Part shown: positions 8,546 to 18,036 of the stretch, piece after piece | How the letters are laid out: each line of letters begins with the position of its first letter | Numbering within the stretch: the first letter of the stretch is position 1 | Assembly: GCA_049889275.1 (NCBI GenBank) | Contig: JBMHDS010000049.1 | Coordinates: 61,501 to 125,500, forward strand | Length of the DNA stretch: 64,000 bases | Source of the DNA: Bradymonadia bacterium | GTDB lineage: Bacteria > Myxococcota_A > Bradymonadia > UBA7976 > UBA1532 | Direction of reading: 5' to 3' | Made by a program: the position numbers and the translations under genes | The notes under the pieces: generated by a model | Told to the model about the DNA's origin: nothing | The model's database searches: none | What the model saw: the letters and a program-made list of their open reading frames with translations, nothing else

Positions 8546-11271
8546 TCCAACCCATCGAGCCCGATTGACGCGGACCGTTCGTCCGAGTGGGTGGTATTGG
8601 ATTGCTGCCCGTCGTCCTCGTCTTCATCAACGCCATCGATGTCCTGTGGAAGGGGAGGACCCTGTTCCTGCTTGCGGATCTCTTCAAGGAGTTCTTGTTC
8701 TTTTCGGACTTCCCTGATGGATTGTCGAATCGATTCGAGCACACCGTGTTTCTTGCGGTAGTCGATATTGAGGACCAGCTTGTCGCCCTTCTTGTGGAAA
8801 CGTTCCGCAAACTCACGATGCTCTTCGAGTTTACGCTTCATGATCGTCTTAAAGTCGTTGGGCCCCTCGATCACGTATGGTGTCAACATAAGGAGCAGAT
8901 TGACTCGCTCTCTCTTCTTGGTGGAACTCCGGAACAGGTAGCCGATGATTGGAATCTCACCTAGAAACGGGAAGGCTGTCTTGCTGTTGCTCTGCTTACT
9001 CTTCTGTAGACCCCCGATAACAACCGTATTCTGGTCTTTGACCACGACGGTGCTCTTCACACTTCGCTTCGATGTTGTCGGGCCGAGCCGTTCGTCAAAC
9101 CTCGAGATCTCCTCGACAACTTGGTCGATCTCCAGAGTCACGAAGCTCGCAGCGTTGATGCGCGGCGTAATTTTAAGTGTCAAAGCCACATCTTGACGCT
9201 GAACGTTGACCGTTGGCAGTAGGCCAAGTCCACCGGTCAAGCCGCCGGCACCGCCCGGTAAACCGCCCCCGCCGCCGCCAACGAAACCGCTGACAAAGGG
9301 TACATTATCACCAACGACGATCTCAGCTTGCTCATTGTCCGTCGTCAGAATGTGAGGGGTGCTCAAGACGTTGACATCGTTATTGCTGGCGAGCGCACGC
9401 ATAACCGCACCGAACGAAGGTAGACTCACGCCGGAGATCTCGATGGGAGGCCCCTGAACCGCGAGACCTGTCAGTGAAGCTGCGCTGGTTAAATCGAGTA
9501 TACTGCCGCCTTTCGGGCCCGGGTTGCCAAAGACGACAAGTCCTTTTTCGCCAGAAAAGTCGGGGTCATAGCCGATATGACTCGAGATACCGAACTCACG
9601 ATTGTTCTCGACGGCGACCTCCATGACCACGGCCTCGATAAAGACCTGGCGTCTTGGCCTGTCGAGTACATCGATCACCTTCTTCAGTGCGAGGTAGTCT
9701 TTTAAGCTCGCCGTGATGACCAGTGAGTTTGTGTCTTCGTCCGCCGTGATGTTCACCTCGCCTTCAAAAAGCGCCGCTGAACTGGAACCGCTGCTGCTCG
9801 AACGGCTTTTCGATTTCGATTTTTTCGACCGAGATGTTTTGCGTCGAGAGCTCGTTCGAGACCGCTGATTACTCGACAGATTGCCCAGCACGGTCGAGAT
9901 GTCGGCCGCTTTCGCATGGTTGAGTTGGTGGATGTGCACTTGGCCATCGCCCTCTACGGCAATGTCGAGACGCTTAATGAGTTTCTTTACGCGCTTGTAA
10001 GAGCGCCTGGTTGCCACGATCAGCAATCGATTCGTACGTTCGTCGGCAATGACCTTGCTGACCGTTGCGTCGAGCTCGGATTCACCGACGCTCGTCGACT
10101 CCGCGGAGCCTTTCTTCTTTCGTCCACGCTTCTTCGATGAGCGTTTGCGACTACTCTTCTTCGATTTCTTGGCGCCTTCTTTTTCGAAGACCTCGAGGAT
10201 CTTCTGTGCGATCTCGTTGGCTTCGGCGTTGACCACCTGATAAATCCAAAGCTCTTCCGACCCACCGGGCTGGTCGAGGTCGCGAATCAGGTCCTTGAGC
10301 TTCCTGAGGTTACTACCCGTCTCTGTGATAATGAGTGAGTTGTTGGGCTGATAGACGATGAACTGGGCGTTTGGTGTTGCGAGCTTGCTGATGACCTCGT
10401 TGATCTCGCCTGCATCCACGTGCTTGAGCGTCACGATTTGAGTCACCATTCGATCTTGATTCGGCGGGGTGGTCTCGGGATTGAGAAGCGGGTCGGAGGC
10501 GCGCGCAAAGTCTTTGATGTCGATGATGCGAATAAACTTCCCTTGCCGCGATATGGTCAAGCCATTGGTCTCCAGCGCAGTGAGGAAGGCACGATAAGCT
10601 TCCTGCTTTGTGACCTTTTGAGGCGCCCAGATGGTAATTTTCTTTCCCTTGATGGACTTGGGAAGAATGATGTTCTGCTGGGTTAAGCAACCGATGAGCC
10701 ACACGACATCCGCGATGTCATGTTCGTAAATATCCAGTGTGAATTTGGCGTCATCAGGTAAGTCAGGTACGACCGCCTGACACTTTTCGATGAAGTCTTT
10801 GTTCAGCGTTTTCTTCTCGTCGTCTTTCTTTTTGTCCTTTAAGCCGGCCTTCCAGCTCGGTGGTAAAGAGCTCTGGTCGTCTCCGCCCGATGCGCCCGAC
10901 GTCTCGGTCGTTTTCGCCGTCTTGTCTGCGGGACCTTTCAAAGAGGGAAGTGGCTTAGCACTCTCAGTTTTTGGGCGAAGCGAGGGCTTTGCGGTACTCT
11001 CAGCGTTTGCCTGTTGGGCTTTCTTTTTTGCATCCAAGACTTGCTGAAGAGAGCCGGGGTTAACCAAAGCCTTCTCGATGCCCGCTTTGCTCTTCACTGA
11101 TGATTTGAGCTTGTTGATGTTCTTGAGACGTGGCGTCTTGAGACGATCGATTTGGCTCTTCTTCGTCGGTTGTTTCGGCTTTACCGGCGTCGGCTCCTGC
11201 GCGCTTGCGTCGCAGAGGAGGCCGAACAAAGCCAGCGTGAAAACAGATGTTAGACGTCCGATGTTGTTCAT
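8542..11271 (-). CDS. gspD: T2SS secretin GspD
   Basis: Signal peptide; N-domains (IADERTNRLLI, ADEDTNSLVI); secretin core QVFIEAVVMEV, NVLSTPHILT, PFLGEIPIIGYLF, LLLMLTPYVI. Confidence 0.95.
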   Translation of the reverse strand: MNNIGRLTSVFTLALFGLLCDASAQEPTPVKPKQPTKKSQIDRLKTPRLKNINKLKSSVKSKAGIEKALVNPGSLQQVLDAKKKAQQANAESTAKPSLRPKTESAKPLPSLKGPADKTAKTTETSGASGGDDQSSLPPSWKAGLKDKKKDDEKKTLNKDFIEKCQAVVPDLPDDAKFTLDIYEHDIADVVWLIGCLTQQNIILPKSIKGKKITIWAPQKVTKQEAYRAFLTALETNGLTISRQGKFIRIIDIKDFARASDPLLNPETTPPNQDRMVTQIVTLKHVDAGEINEVISKLATPNAQFIVYQPNNSLIITETGSNLRKLKDLIRDLDQPGGSEELWIYQVVNAEANEIAQKILEVFEKEGAKKSKKSSRKRSSKKRGRKKKGSAESTSVGESELDATVSKVIADERTNRLLIVATRRSYKRVKKLIKRLDIAVEGDGQVHIHQLNHAKAADISTVLGNLSSNQRSRTSSRRKTSRSKKSKSKSRSSSSGSSSAALFEGEVNITADEDTNSLVITASLKDYLALKKVIDVLDRPRRQVFIEAVVMEVAVENNREFGISSHIGYDPDFSGEKGLVVFGNPGPKGGSILDLTSAASLTGLAVQGPPIEISGVSLPSFGAVMRALASNNDVNVLSTPHILTTDNEQAEIVVGDNVPFVSGFVGGGGGGLPGGAGGLTGGLGLLPTVNVQRQDVALTLKITPRINAASFVTLEIDQVVEEISRFDERLGPTTSKRSVKSTVVVKDQNTVVIGGLQKSKQSNSKTAFPFLGEIPIIGYLFRSSTKKRERVNLLLMLTPYVIEGPNDFKTIMKRKLEEHREFAERFHKKGDKLVLNIDYRKKHGVLESIRQSIREVRKEQELLEEIRKQEQGPPLPQDIDGVDEDEDDGQQSNTTHSDERSASIGLDGLE

Positions 11272-12254
11272 TTGATGAGGTACTCGTATGTCGTTTTTCG
11301 GCCGCGGCGCTCAAGGTCGATTGTTACGCTCTCGGTCGATTTCAGTTTTTCAAATAATTCTAATGCTTTAGTTGGGCTTGTTATGCCCTCGCCATTCACG
11401 GATTTAAGGATGTCACCTGAGCGGACGCCTAGGTGGCTGTAGAGGCTACCTGGGCGTACACCAACAAGCTTGAAGCCCTGTGGTTTGCCGCCACGATAGT
11501 GCGGAATCACTCGTGCTTGTCGGCTGAGTTTGCCGAGGTCATCGAGCTGTTCATTGAGCATGTCGCGGTCCACCTGGTAGGTGTTCTTGCCAACCTTTTT
11601 GACGCCTGCTTTGACCTTTTCAGAGTCCGATTTACTCGAAGACTTGCTGTATCGCGATTTAGAGCCAGAGTAAGTTGAGCGACCAGAGGGGTATTTCTTG
11701 CCCTTCGATGACGCAATGCGTGCGCTTTTTACGCACTTGAATTTATTACCTTCAGCCAGGATGAGGCGTTCACGTTGTATCGCGACGAGTTCGTGGTTGC
11801 CCACCATATCTCCCACGCGGAGCATTCGGGATGCGCCATCTTCCGTGACCGTTGCGGTCGACCACGCAGCGGGATCAGCCACGAGCGTTGCATTGAGCCT
11901 GACCGTCGCTTCCTCCCATTCGGTACAATCTTCGCCTGGCTGTGGCGCCTTCTCGGGGTTGAGTGCTTCCTCTTTCTTCTCTTCTTCGGTCTCGTCTGGG
12001 CTGTCTGGGTCTTCGGGCTCTGGCGGATTCGCGTTGAAGAGATTGCGGTTGCGGATGTCCTCACCCCACTCGGCCGCGGCTCCCTTTACTGTGGATGGCT
12101 TCTTCGCGGTTTTCGTCACTTTTTTACGGACCGGCTCAAACCCCACGATTTGTTCTGCGACGAGGTTGTTGGCCACAAGCGCCGCTAAGTAGGCGAGGAC
12201 TGCCAACAGAGCGAGATTGACGATCCAAAAGTATCTTTTCGCGGCGCTTTCCAT
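11268..12254 (-). CDS. gspC: T2SS protein GspC (TM, HR domain, PDZ)
   Basis: N-terminal TM; RNLFN; PDZ GFKLVGVRPGSLYSHLGVRSGDILKSVNG. Start placed at ATG 12254 behind AAGGGAA. Confidence 0.9.
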   Translation of the reverse strand: MESAAKRYFWIVNLALLAVLAYLAALVANNLVAEQIVGFEPVRKKVTKTAKKPSTVKGAAAEWGEDIRNRNLFNANPPEPEDPDSPDETEEEKKEEALNPEKAPQPGEDCTEWEEATVRLNATLVADPAAWSTATVTEDGASRMLRVGDMVGNHELVAIQRERLILAEGNKFKCVKSARIASSKGKKYPSGRSTYSGSKSRYSKSSSKSDSEKVKAGVKKVGKNTYQVDRDMLNEQLDDLGKLSRQARVIPHYRGGKPQGFKLVGVRPGSLYSHLGVRSGDILKSVNGEGITSPTKALELFEKLKSTESVTIDLERRGRKTTYEYLIK

Positions 12255-12319
12255 CGTTTCCCTTAATTTGCGTACGGTATCCGACGAGACTCGTGACGGC
12301 GTTAATCTAACAAGCAACA

Positions 12320-12335
12320 TACAAGAATTATGCCG
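12320..12335 (-). promoter_or_regulatory. Candidate sigma54 -24/-12 promoter of the gsp operon
   Basis: Minus strand CGGCATAATTCTTGTA versus consensus TGGCAC-N5-TTGCW: spacing correct, with GT instead of GC at -12; about 65 bp upstream of the gspC ATG. Confidence 0.55.
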
Positions 12336-12402
12336 AGACAGGCGTTTCTTCGATTTCCCCTCAACGAGCGGATTTATACACACATTGATGGCCGCTGTCG
12401 TG

Positions 12403-12454
12403 TGTCAATTTGTCAAATCTGCCTGCTAAAATCGTTCAAGATGACAAAATGACA
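12403..12454. promoter_or_regulatory. Paired candidate enhancer (UAS) sites
   Basis: TGTCAATTTGTCA (12403-12415) and TGACAAAATGACA (12442-12454) are inverted copies with a 12/13 match, about 70-120 bp upstream of the -24 box. Confidence 0.55.
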
Positions 12455-12456
12455 TC

Positions 12457-13809
12457 TCAAGCTGAGTTGTCGAGCTTGCGATAAATGGTTCGTGTCGCAA
12501 TTCCGAGGAGCTGGGCGGCTCGTTTTTTGTCACCGTTGGTGAACCGGAGCGTCTCTTGTATTGCGCGGCGCTCGATCTCATCGAGGGGAGTACCGATCGG
12601 GATCGATAATCCCTCTGCATCACGGACTTGGCTGCAGATCGCTTCTGGTAGATCCGCTTCGTTCAGAACTGTCTTCTTGGCAAGTACGACCGCGCGTTCG
12701 ATTGTGTTCTGCAGCTCCCGCACATTGCCAGGCCACGAATAGTCCACCATCTTTTGAAGCGCTGATGGCGCAATGCCTTCGATTGGTTTGCCATTCTGTT
12801 CTGCATAGTGGCGCACGAAATAATCCGCGAGCAAGGGAATGTCATCTCTGCGCGCACGCAGCGGCGGTACGATGATTGGAATCACATTCAATCGATAGAA
12901 AAGGTCTTCTCTAAAGTCGCCCCGGTGCACGGCGGCCGGTAGGTCTCGATTGGTCGCTGCGATCACTCGGCAGTCTGTAAACAGCGTTTGCTGTCCGCCA
13001 ACCCTCTCGTAATCACCGGACTGCAAGACCCGCAGTATCTTGACCTGAATTTGCGGTGATAACTCACCGATCTCGTCTAGGAAAATCGTTCCGCCGTTCG
13101 CTCTGGTGAAGCGGCCGTCTCGCTGAACGTGGGCGCCGGTAAAAGCGCCTTTTTCAGCACCGAATAATTCTGCCTCAATGACCGACTCGGGCAGTGCGCT
13201 GCAGTTAACGGTCACCAATGGTTTTTCTGCTCGCGGCGACTGCTGATGGATCGCGCGTGCGAACAGCTCCTTGCCTGTGCCGCTCTCTCCCATGAGGAGA
13301 ACGGTCGCGGTGGATGGTGCCGCTTGAAGAGCTGTGTCGAGAACATGTCTAAGGGCAGGGGCGTTGCCAATGATCTGCCCGCCATGTTTGCGATTACGTG
13401 CATCCGCAAGTTGAGCTTTAAGTGCACGGTTTTCCGCCACCAGGGTTAACTTCTCGATGGCTCGGGTGACCGTCCGTTCAATCTCGGCGCGCCGGAAGGG
13501 TTTGGTGACAAAATCGTAGGCGCCTTCGCGCATCGCTGCAACGGCGCGCTCAATTGTTCCGTACGCAGTCATCAGCACAACCTCAACATCAGGGTTGAAG
13601 ACTTTAGCGTTCTGCAGCAACTCGATACCGCTCATTTGGGGCATCATCAGGTCGGTTAGAATGACACCGACGTTCTTTTGTCGAATGATTGAAAGTGCCT
13701 CTTGACCGTTTGTCGCCGCGAGCGTTCGCAGCTCGAGCTTTTCGAATATGCGGACAAGGCTGGCGAGGTTGGACGTATCGTCGTCTACGACGAGAAGTGT
13801 TGGCTGCAT
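12457..13809 (-). CDS. NtrC-family sigma54-dependent response regulator (REC-AAA+-Fis HTH)
   Basis: DDD / LTDLMMP / TAYG / KP receiver; GESGTGKE, GAFTGA, FLDEIGE, WPGNVRELQN; C-terminal HTH. Start likely MQPT at 13809. Confidence 0.95.
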   Translation of the reverse strand: MQPTLLVVDDDTSNLASLVRIFEKLELRTLAATNGQEALSIIRQKNVGVILTDLMMPQMSGIELLQNAKVFNPDVEVVLMTAYGTIERAVAAMREGAYDFVTKPFRRAEIERTVTRAIEKLTLVAENRALKAQLADARNRKHGGQIIGNAPALRHVLDTALQAAPSTATVLLMGESGTGKELFARAIHQQSPRAEKPLVTVNCSALPESVIEAELFGAEKGAFTGAHVQRDGRFTRANGGTIFLDEIGELSPQIQVKILRVLQSGDYERVGGQQTLFTDCRVIAATNRDLPAAVHRGDFREDLFYRLNVIPIIVPPLRARRDDIPLLADYFVRHYAEQNGKPIEGIAPSALQKMVDYSWPGNVRELQNTIERAVVLAKKTVLNEADLPEAICSQVRDAEGLSIPIGTPLDEIERRAIQETLRFTNGDKKRAAQLLGIATRTIYRKLDNSA

Positions 13810-13944
13810 GAGACCTGTTTTCTCCCGTGCGTTGGCCTGATGGCACATGCTCGACTGAATACACCAAACGGTTCCTGTTTTGGAAGAACGCTGGGCGAAT
13901 ACTCAAGTCTTTTCAGGCCGGCGCGTTGGCTTGCGGCCGTCCTG

Positions 13945-15555
13945 CTACTCGTCCTCAATCGTCGTTGGCTGATCGAGGGACAGCACATTGTAAAGCTGCA
14001 CATCGTGAGACTTGCCTTTGAACTTAACGGCATCGAGGCGATCAAGTTCGAGCCTGTTTCCAAGCGCCGAGGCGATAGAATCGGAGATGAGCACCTGACC
14101 GGATTCGGCATGATGACACATACGGGAAGCCGTGTTGACCGCGTCTCCGATGACCGTGTACGAGAGCGTTTTCGTCGACCCCATGTAACCGGCGACCATT
14201 TGCCCGGTATTGATGGCCGTTCGCGCGAGCACGCGAGACGCCCCATTCGCGACGCGAAATCGGTTCCAATCCTCCAAGCTTCGGCGCATTTCGAGGGCGG
14301 CTCGTACTGCCCGCTCGACGTGGTCGCTCTGTTCCATCGGTGCACCCCAGACCGCCATCAGTTCGTCGCCGATAAACTTATCGAGAGTGCCTTCGTGACG
14401 AAAGACGATGTCGACCATGATTTCGAAGAACTCGTTTAAAAGAGAAATGGTTTGCTCAGGTCCGATTTCCTCACTCAAACTGGTAAAGCCGCGGACGTCA
14501 GTGAACAGCACGGTGGCCTCGCGCGACGTACCGCCTTTGTCCATGCTAATGCCACCCGATACGACCTGTTCTACAAGATTTGGCGACAGCAGACGCGACA
14601 GACTGCTACGGGCAACAGCCTCATCTTCGGCGCGCTGAGCGAGGCGCGCGTTTTGAATACGCATCGCGGCTTCGTTTGCGAAGACCGTGAGGATTTGTAG
14701 GTCCTTTTCAGTGAAGACGCCGGTGGCGATACGCGTATCCAAGTGGATCATGCCGAGCAGATCCGAGCCAGCCATCAGCGGGACACACATAGTACTGCGA
14801 ATCCCTTGCATGATGATGCTGTGAGAGCCGCCAAATCGACTGTCCATCGTGGCGTCTGAGGACAGCACAGCATGATGTTGTTCCAGCACTTCGTTTAGAA
14901 TCGTACTCGATAGTTGGATCTGCTCATCGTCGCCGCGCCGGTGTCGTGATGCGCGGGGTTCCGGAACGCCCTGCTCATTGAGCAAAAGGATCACACCACG
15001 GTCAGCGGAGGAATACTCGAGCGCTTTATCGAGGATTCGATTCAGAACGATGTCGAGCTCGATGTCGGCACCGAGCGCTTGGTTAAACTCGAAAACCACG
15101 CGCAACTTCTCGTAATCGGTCCTGAGGGTGTGTTCGTCGAGGATATCCGCTTCGGGAAGAAACTCTTTTTGCTGGGCTTCGCGCGCCTGTAGTCGAGAGC
15201 GAATTGCAGTCTCGGAAGCGACGGCATGGATCGTTACGTTACCGGACAAACGATGAGTGGTCTCTTCATCGTCAGCAAAGAATAAGATCCGACTGCCACC
15301 CATCGTAACGGCGTCTTGGTCATTGAGCTTCGTGCGACCACGCACTTGGACGCCGTTGATAAACGTACCGTTACGGGAGCCGATGTCTTGAAGCCAGTAG
15401 ACGTCGTCGGCAAAGGTGATAAGCGCATGTTCTTTACTCACCACCCGGTCGAGGATTTGCACGGTCTGCTCTGGATGACGCCCAAGTGTATTGATCGCCC
15501 GCAGTTCGTGCTCACGTTGTGCTCCATCTGGAGTTGTGACGACGAGTCGCGCCAA
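13945..15555 (-). CDS. FHA-GAF-class III adenylate cyclase
   Basis: FHA (LGRH, VSKEHA, SRNGT); GAF (IRSTMCVPL, FTEKDL); cyclase FTDVRGFT, DKFIGD, YTVIGDAVNTASR with ATP-specifying Lys/Thr. TTG start behind GAAGGAG. Confidence 0.92.
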   Translation of the reverse strand: MARLVVTTPDGAQREHELRAINTLGRHPEQTVQILDRVVSKEHALITFADDVYWLQDIGSRNGTFINGVQVRGRTKLNDQDAVTMGGSRILFFADDEETTHRLSGNVTIHAVASETAIRSRLQAREAQQKEFLPEADILDEHTLRTDYEKLRVVFEFNQALGADIELDIVLNRILDKALEYSSADRGVILLLNEQGVPEPRASRHRRGDDEQIQLSSTILNEVLEQHHAVLSSDATMDSRFGGSHSIIMQGIRSTMCVPLMAGSDLLGMIHLDTRIATGVFTEKDLQILTVFANEAAMRIQNARLAQRAEDEAVARSSLSRLLSPNLVEQVVSGGISMDKGGTSREATVLFTDVRGFTSLSEEIGPEQTISLLNEFFEIMVDIVFRHEGTLDKFIGDELMAVWGAPMEQSDHVERAVRAALEMRRSLEDWNRFRVANGASRVLARTAINTGQMVAGYMGSTKTLSYTVIGDAVNTASRMCHHAESGQVLISDSIASALGNRLELDRLDAVKFKGKSHDVQLYNVLSLDQPTTIEDE

Positions 15556-15659
15556 GTGTGGATCTCCTTCTTCCGCAGAATGATAACAGAGTTTTTCTTC
15601 GAATGTGCAGCAAATACCTGGGATGTGGATTCGCCCCTACTCTAAAGCGCAATCGGTGC

Positions 15660-16379
15660 TCAGGAGGTTGTGGAAGTGACAGTCTCAGGTCGGAGAGCGA
15701 GGTCCGCGGTCAATGGGAAGTGGTCGCTCTGTTCAATATGTCGTTCGACCTGTGCTGTCCGAATCTCCCAATGTTGAGGTGAGACAAAAATGTAATCGAT
15801 TTGGCGATGTGGGTCCTTGACGCTGAATGTGACGCCAGGACCGATGCCTTTGGCAGCGAAGGCATCGAGGCCGCTCTGCGCCAAACATTCATACTCCGTT
15901 GATTCTGGGCGTGCATTGAAATCACCGAGCAAAATCCAGGGTAGATCTAGGCCTCGAAGCCGATTTACAACCTCATCGGATTGAGCCAGCCGATCCTGAA
16001 CGGCGATACTGAAATGCGAGGTGACGACAATAAACGGATGTGGGGCATCAATTCGAGCAACGAGGCAGACACGCTGCTCATCATCGGCCCGAAACAAGGT
16101 CATCTCGTCGATAATTGTGATCGGATATCGAGCAAGAAGTGCGATGCCATAACGGCCGCCGTCTGCATCGGTCAGCGCGCCGCAGAAGAATGAATGCAGG
16201 CCGAGCATCTTGCCGAGTTCTGTCGCCTGGTCGGTCGGTCCACCCATGTGCCAATGGTGGCCAACTTCTTGGAGAGCCACTACGTCGAGTGGCCCCAGCT
16301 CATCCAATGCGACACCTACTGCTTGGATATCGCTGTCGAGACCGAGCCTGATATTGTACGTGCATGCGCGAATCTGCAT
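15660..16379 (-). CDS. Endonuclease/exonuclease/phosphatase (EEP) family hydrolase
   Basis: TYNI, ALQEV, GDFN, IDYIF and SDHFP motifs. Confidence 0.92.
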   Translation of the reverse strand: MQIRACTYNIRLGLDSDIQAVGVALDELGPLDVVALQEVGHHWHMGGPTDQATELGKMLGLHSFFCGALTDADGGRYGIALLARYPITIIDEMTLFRADDEQRVCLVARIDAPHPFIVVTSHFSIAVQDRLAQSDEVVNRLRGLDLPWILLGDFNARPESTEYECLAQSGLDAFAAKGIGPGVTFSVKDPHRQIDYIFVSPQHWEIRTAQVERHIEQSDHFPLTADLALRPETVTSTTS

Positions 16380-16396
16380 CGTTCCTCCGCCAAATG

Positions 16397-17989
16397 TTAA
16401 GTTTTCTTCTGCCGCGGAAACGTCAGACGGATCGTGGTGCCTTGACCAGGTGCCGAGTTGACGTCAATGCGACCGGCATGGGCATCGACGATTTGCTTGA
16501 CCATGGACAAACCAAGTCCGGTGCCTTGGGCTTTGGTGCTGAAGAACGGTTCAAACAGCCGCCGCTGCACATCTTTTTCGATGCCTGGCCCTGTGTCCGA
16601 GACTTCGATATAGGCTTCGGCGCCGATCGTTCGCGCCTTGACCACTACGTGCCCTCCATTTGGCATCGCCTCGCGTGCGTTCCGCAATAGGTTGAGTAAA
16701 GCGGCTCGAAGCTGGTTTGGGTCCACGCCGATGGAGTTCGTGATCGGGTCGCGGTCCAGGCGTAACTTGATTTGCGACCTTTCCATTTCTGAGCGCAAAA
16801 ACTCGATCAACTCTGCCGCCGCGTGATTGAGATCCACCGGCACGGGCTCGGGGATAGGAAGCCGCGCGAACCGCAGGTAGTGTTCTGTGATCTCTTTGAG
16901 TCGCTCAACTTCATTTGTAATACTGACCAGCAGGTCTCGCGCTGATTCGAGTTGCCCAGGCAGCTCCGTTGAGTGCAATTCTTCCATCAGAAGCTCTGAA
17001 TTCAAGCCAATGCTACTCAAGGGATTCCGCAGTTCATGAGTGATCTGAGCTGACATACGCCCGACGGTCGCCAATTGCTCGCGTTGGAGCAGCGCTTCTT
17101 GTTGGTCGCTGAGTTGACTGTCACGACGTCTAATCGCTTCGGCCATGCGGTTGAATTCGGCTGCGAGCACGCCCAATTCATCTCTGGCGGTAATCGCGAC
17201 GGGCTCGTCATATCGTCCCGCCGCCACCCGCTCTACGCCTTTGCGAAGTGCACGCAGTGGATTGAGTGTTCGAGTGGCGAAGAAAGTGATCAACAGACCG
17301 ATGACCGTTGCCACTGAGGCCAGCAGGATTGCCCCCCAAGCAAGTTCATCTTCATCTTGCTCAAATTCATCAATAGTGCGGCTCAGCGCCCGATTCGTCT
17401 CCAGTCCAAAAAACTCAACCTCACGGGCAAATTTGGCGATTGCCCGGCGGGTTGGCCGCCGCAGATCAGCGACGTCGTTACCCGACTCGATGGCAGCGAT
17501 GAACAGGTCGAGTTGGGTTTGCATTTCTCCGTGCTGACTTTCGAGTTTCTGGAAGTGTTCGAGCAAGGCTTGTGCTTGCGGTGAACCATCCCTCCGCTCA
17601 AGACGTTCACGCATTTTCGTCAGACGTTGGTCGAGTCGCTGGGGTGTTTGCTCCGACTGTTGGAGGTGCTCGACGGCACGCTTGAGGCTGCTTGCTTCTC
17701 GCAAACCCACCACGAGAGAGAGACGCCTCAAATCGGACTTGACCTCGGTGACCATCGACGGCAACGGCACCAGGCTGGTGTGCAACCGGGCGAGGGTGGC
17801 ACCCAGCTCATTGATACCCCAGGCAGTGTAGGCCATGACCCCCCCAAAGGTGAGCATGAGCGCCACAAATCCTGCAAATATCTTGCCGGTGAGTGAGATC
17901 CGCAAAGAGGCTCCTTGTGCATCAGTCGTTGACTGCAGCGTGGGCGGTATGATACCCGCTTGCGACGTCATATGACGTTTAGCCCGCAT
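16397..17989 (-). CDS. Membrane sensor histidine kinase (2 TM, helical periplasmic domain, HAMP)
   Basis: DELGVLAAEFNRM HAMP; H-box THELRNPL; NLLRNA, DTGPGI, FEPFFSTK, GTGLGL. Exact start uncertain. Confidence 0.93.
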   Translation of the reverse strand: MRAKRHMTSQAGIIPPTLQSTTDAQGASLRISLTGKIFAGFVALMLTFGGVMAYTAWGINELGATLARLHTSLVPLPSMVTEVKSDLRRLSLVVGLREASSLKRAVEHLQQSEQTPQRLDQRLTKMRERLERRDGSPQAQALLEHFQKLESQHGEMQTQLDLFIAAIESGNDVADLRRPTRRAIAKFAREVEFFGLETNRALSRTIDEFEQDEDELAWGAILLASVATVIGLLITFFATRTLNPLRALRKGVERVAAGRYDEPVAITARDELGVLAAEFNRMAEAIRRRDSQLSDQQEALLQREQLATVGRMSAQITHELRNPLSSIGLNSELLMEELHSTELPGQLESARDLLVSITNEVERLKEITEHYLRFARLPIPEPVPVDLNHAAAELIEFLRSEMERSQIKLRLDRDPITNSIGVDPNQLRAALLNLLRNAREAMPNGGHVVVKARTIGAEAYIEVSDTGPGIEKDVQRRLFEPFFSTKAQGTGLGLSMVKQIVDAHAGRIDVNSAPGQGTTIRLTFPRQKKT

Positions 17990-18036
17990 CGGTCAAGGAA
18001 CCACCGATGTTAACCATGAGCAAATAACCAGAGGCG

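Noticed and set aside
12255-12383. N-terminal extension of GspC in the ORF track (likewise 63689-63919 for BtpA and 13810-13848 for the NtrC regulator)
   Set aside because: Downstream ATGs fit the domain starts better; the GspC extension covers the putative promoter and the BtpA one overlaps a divergent gene.
12370-12392. Possible IHF site between UAS and sigma54 box (minus strand CATCAATGTGTGT)
   Set aside because: Only the ATCAA core matches WATCAA-N4-TTR.
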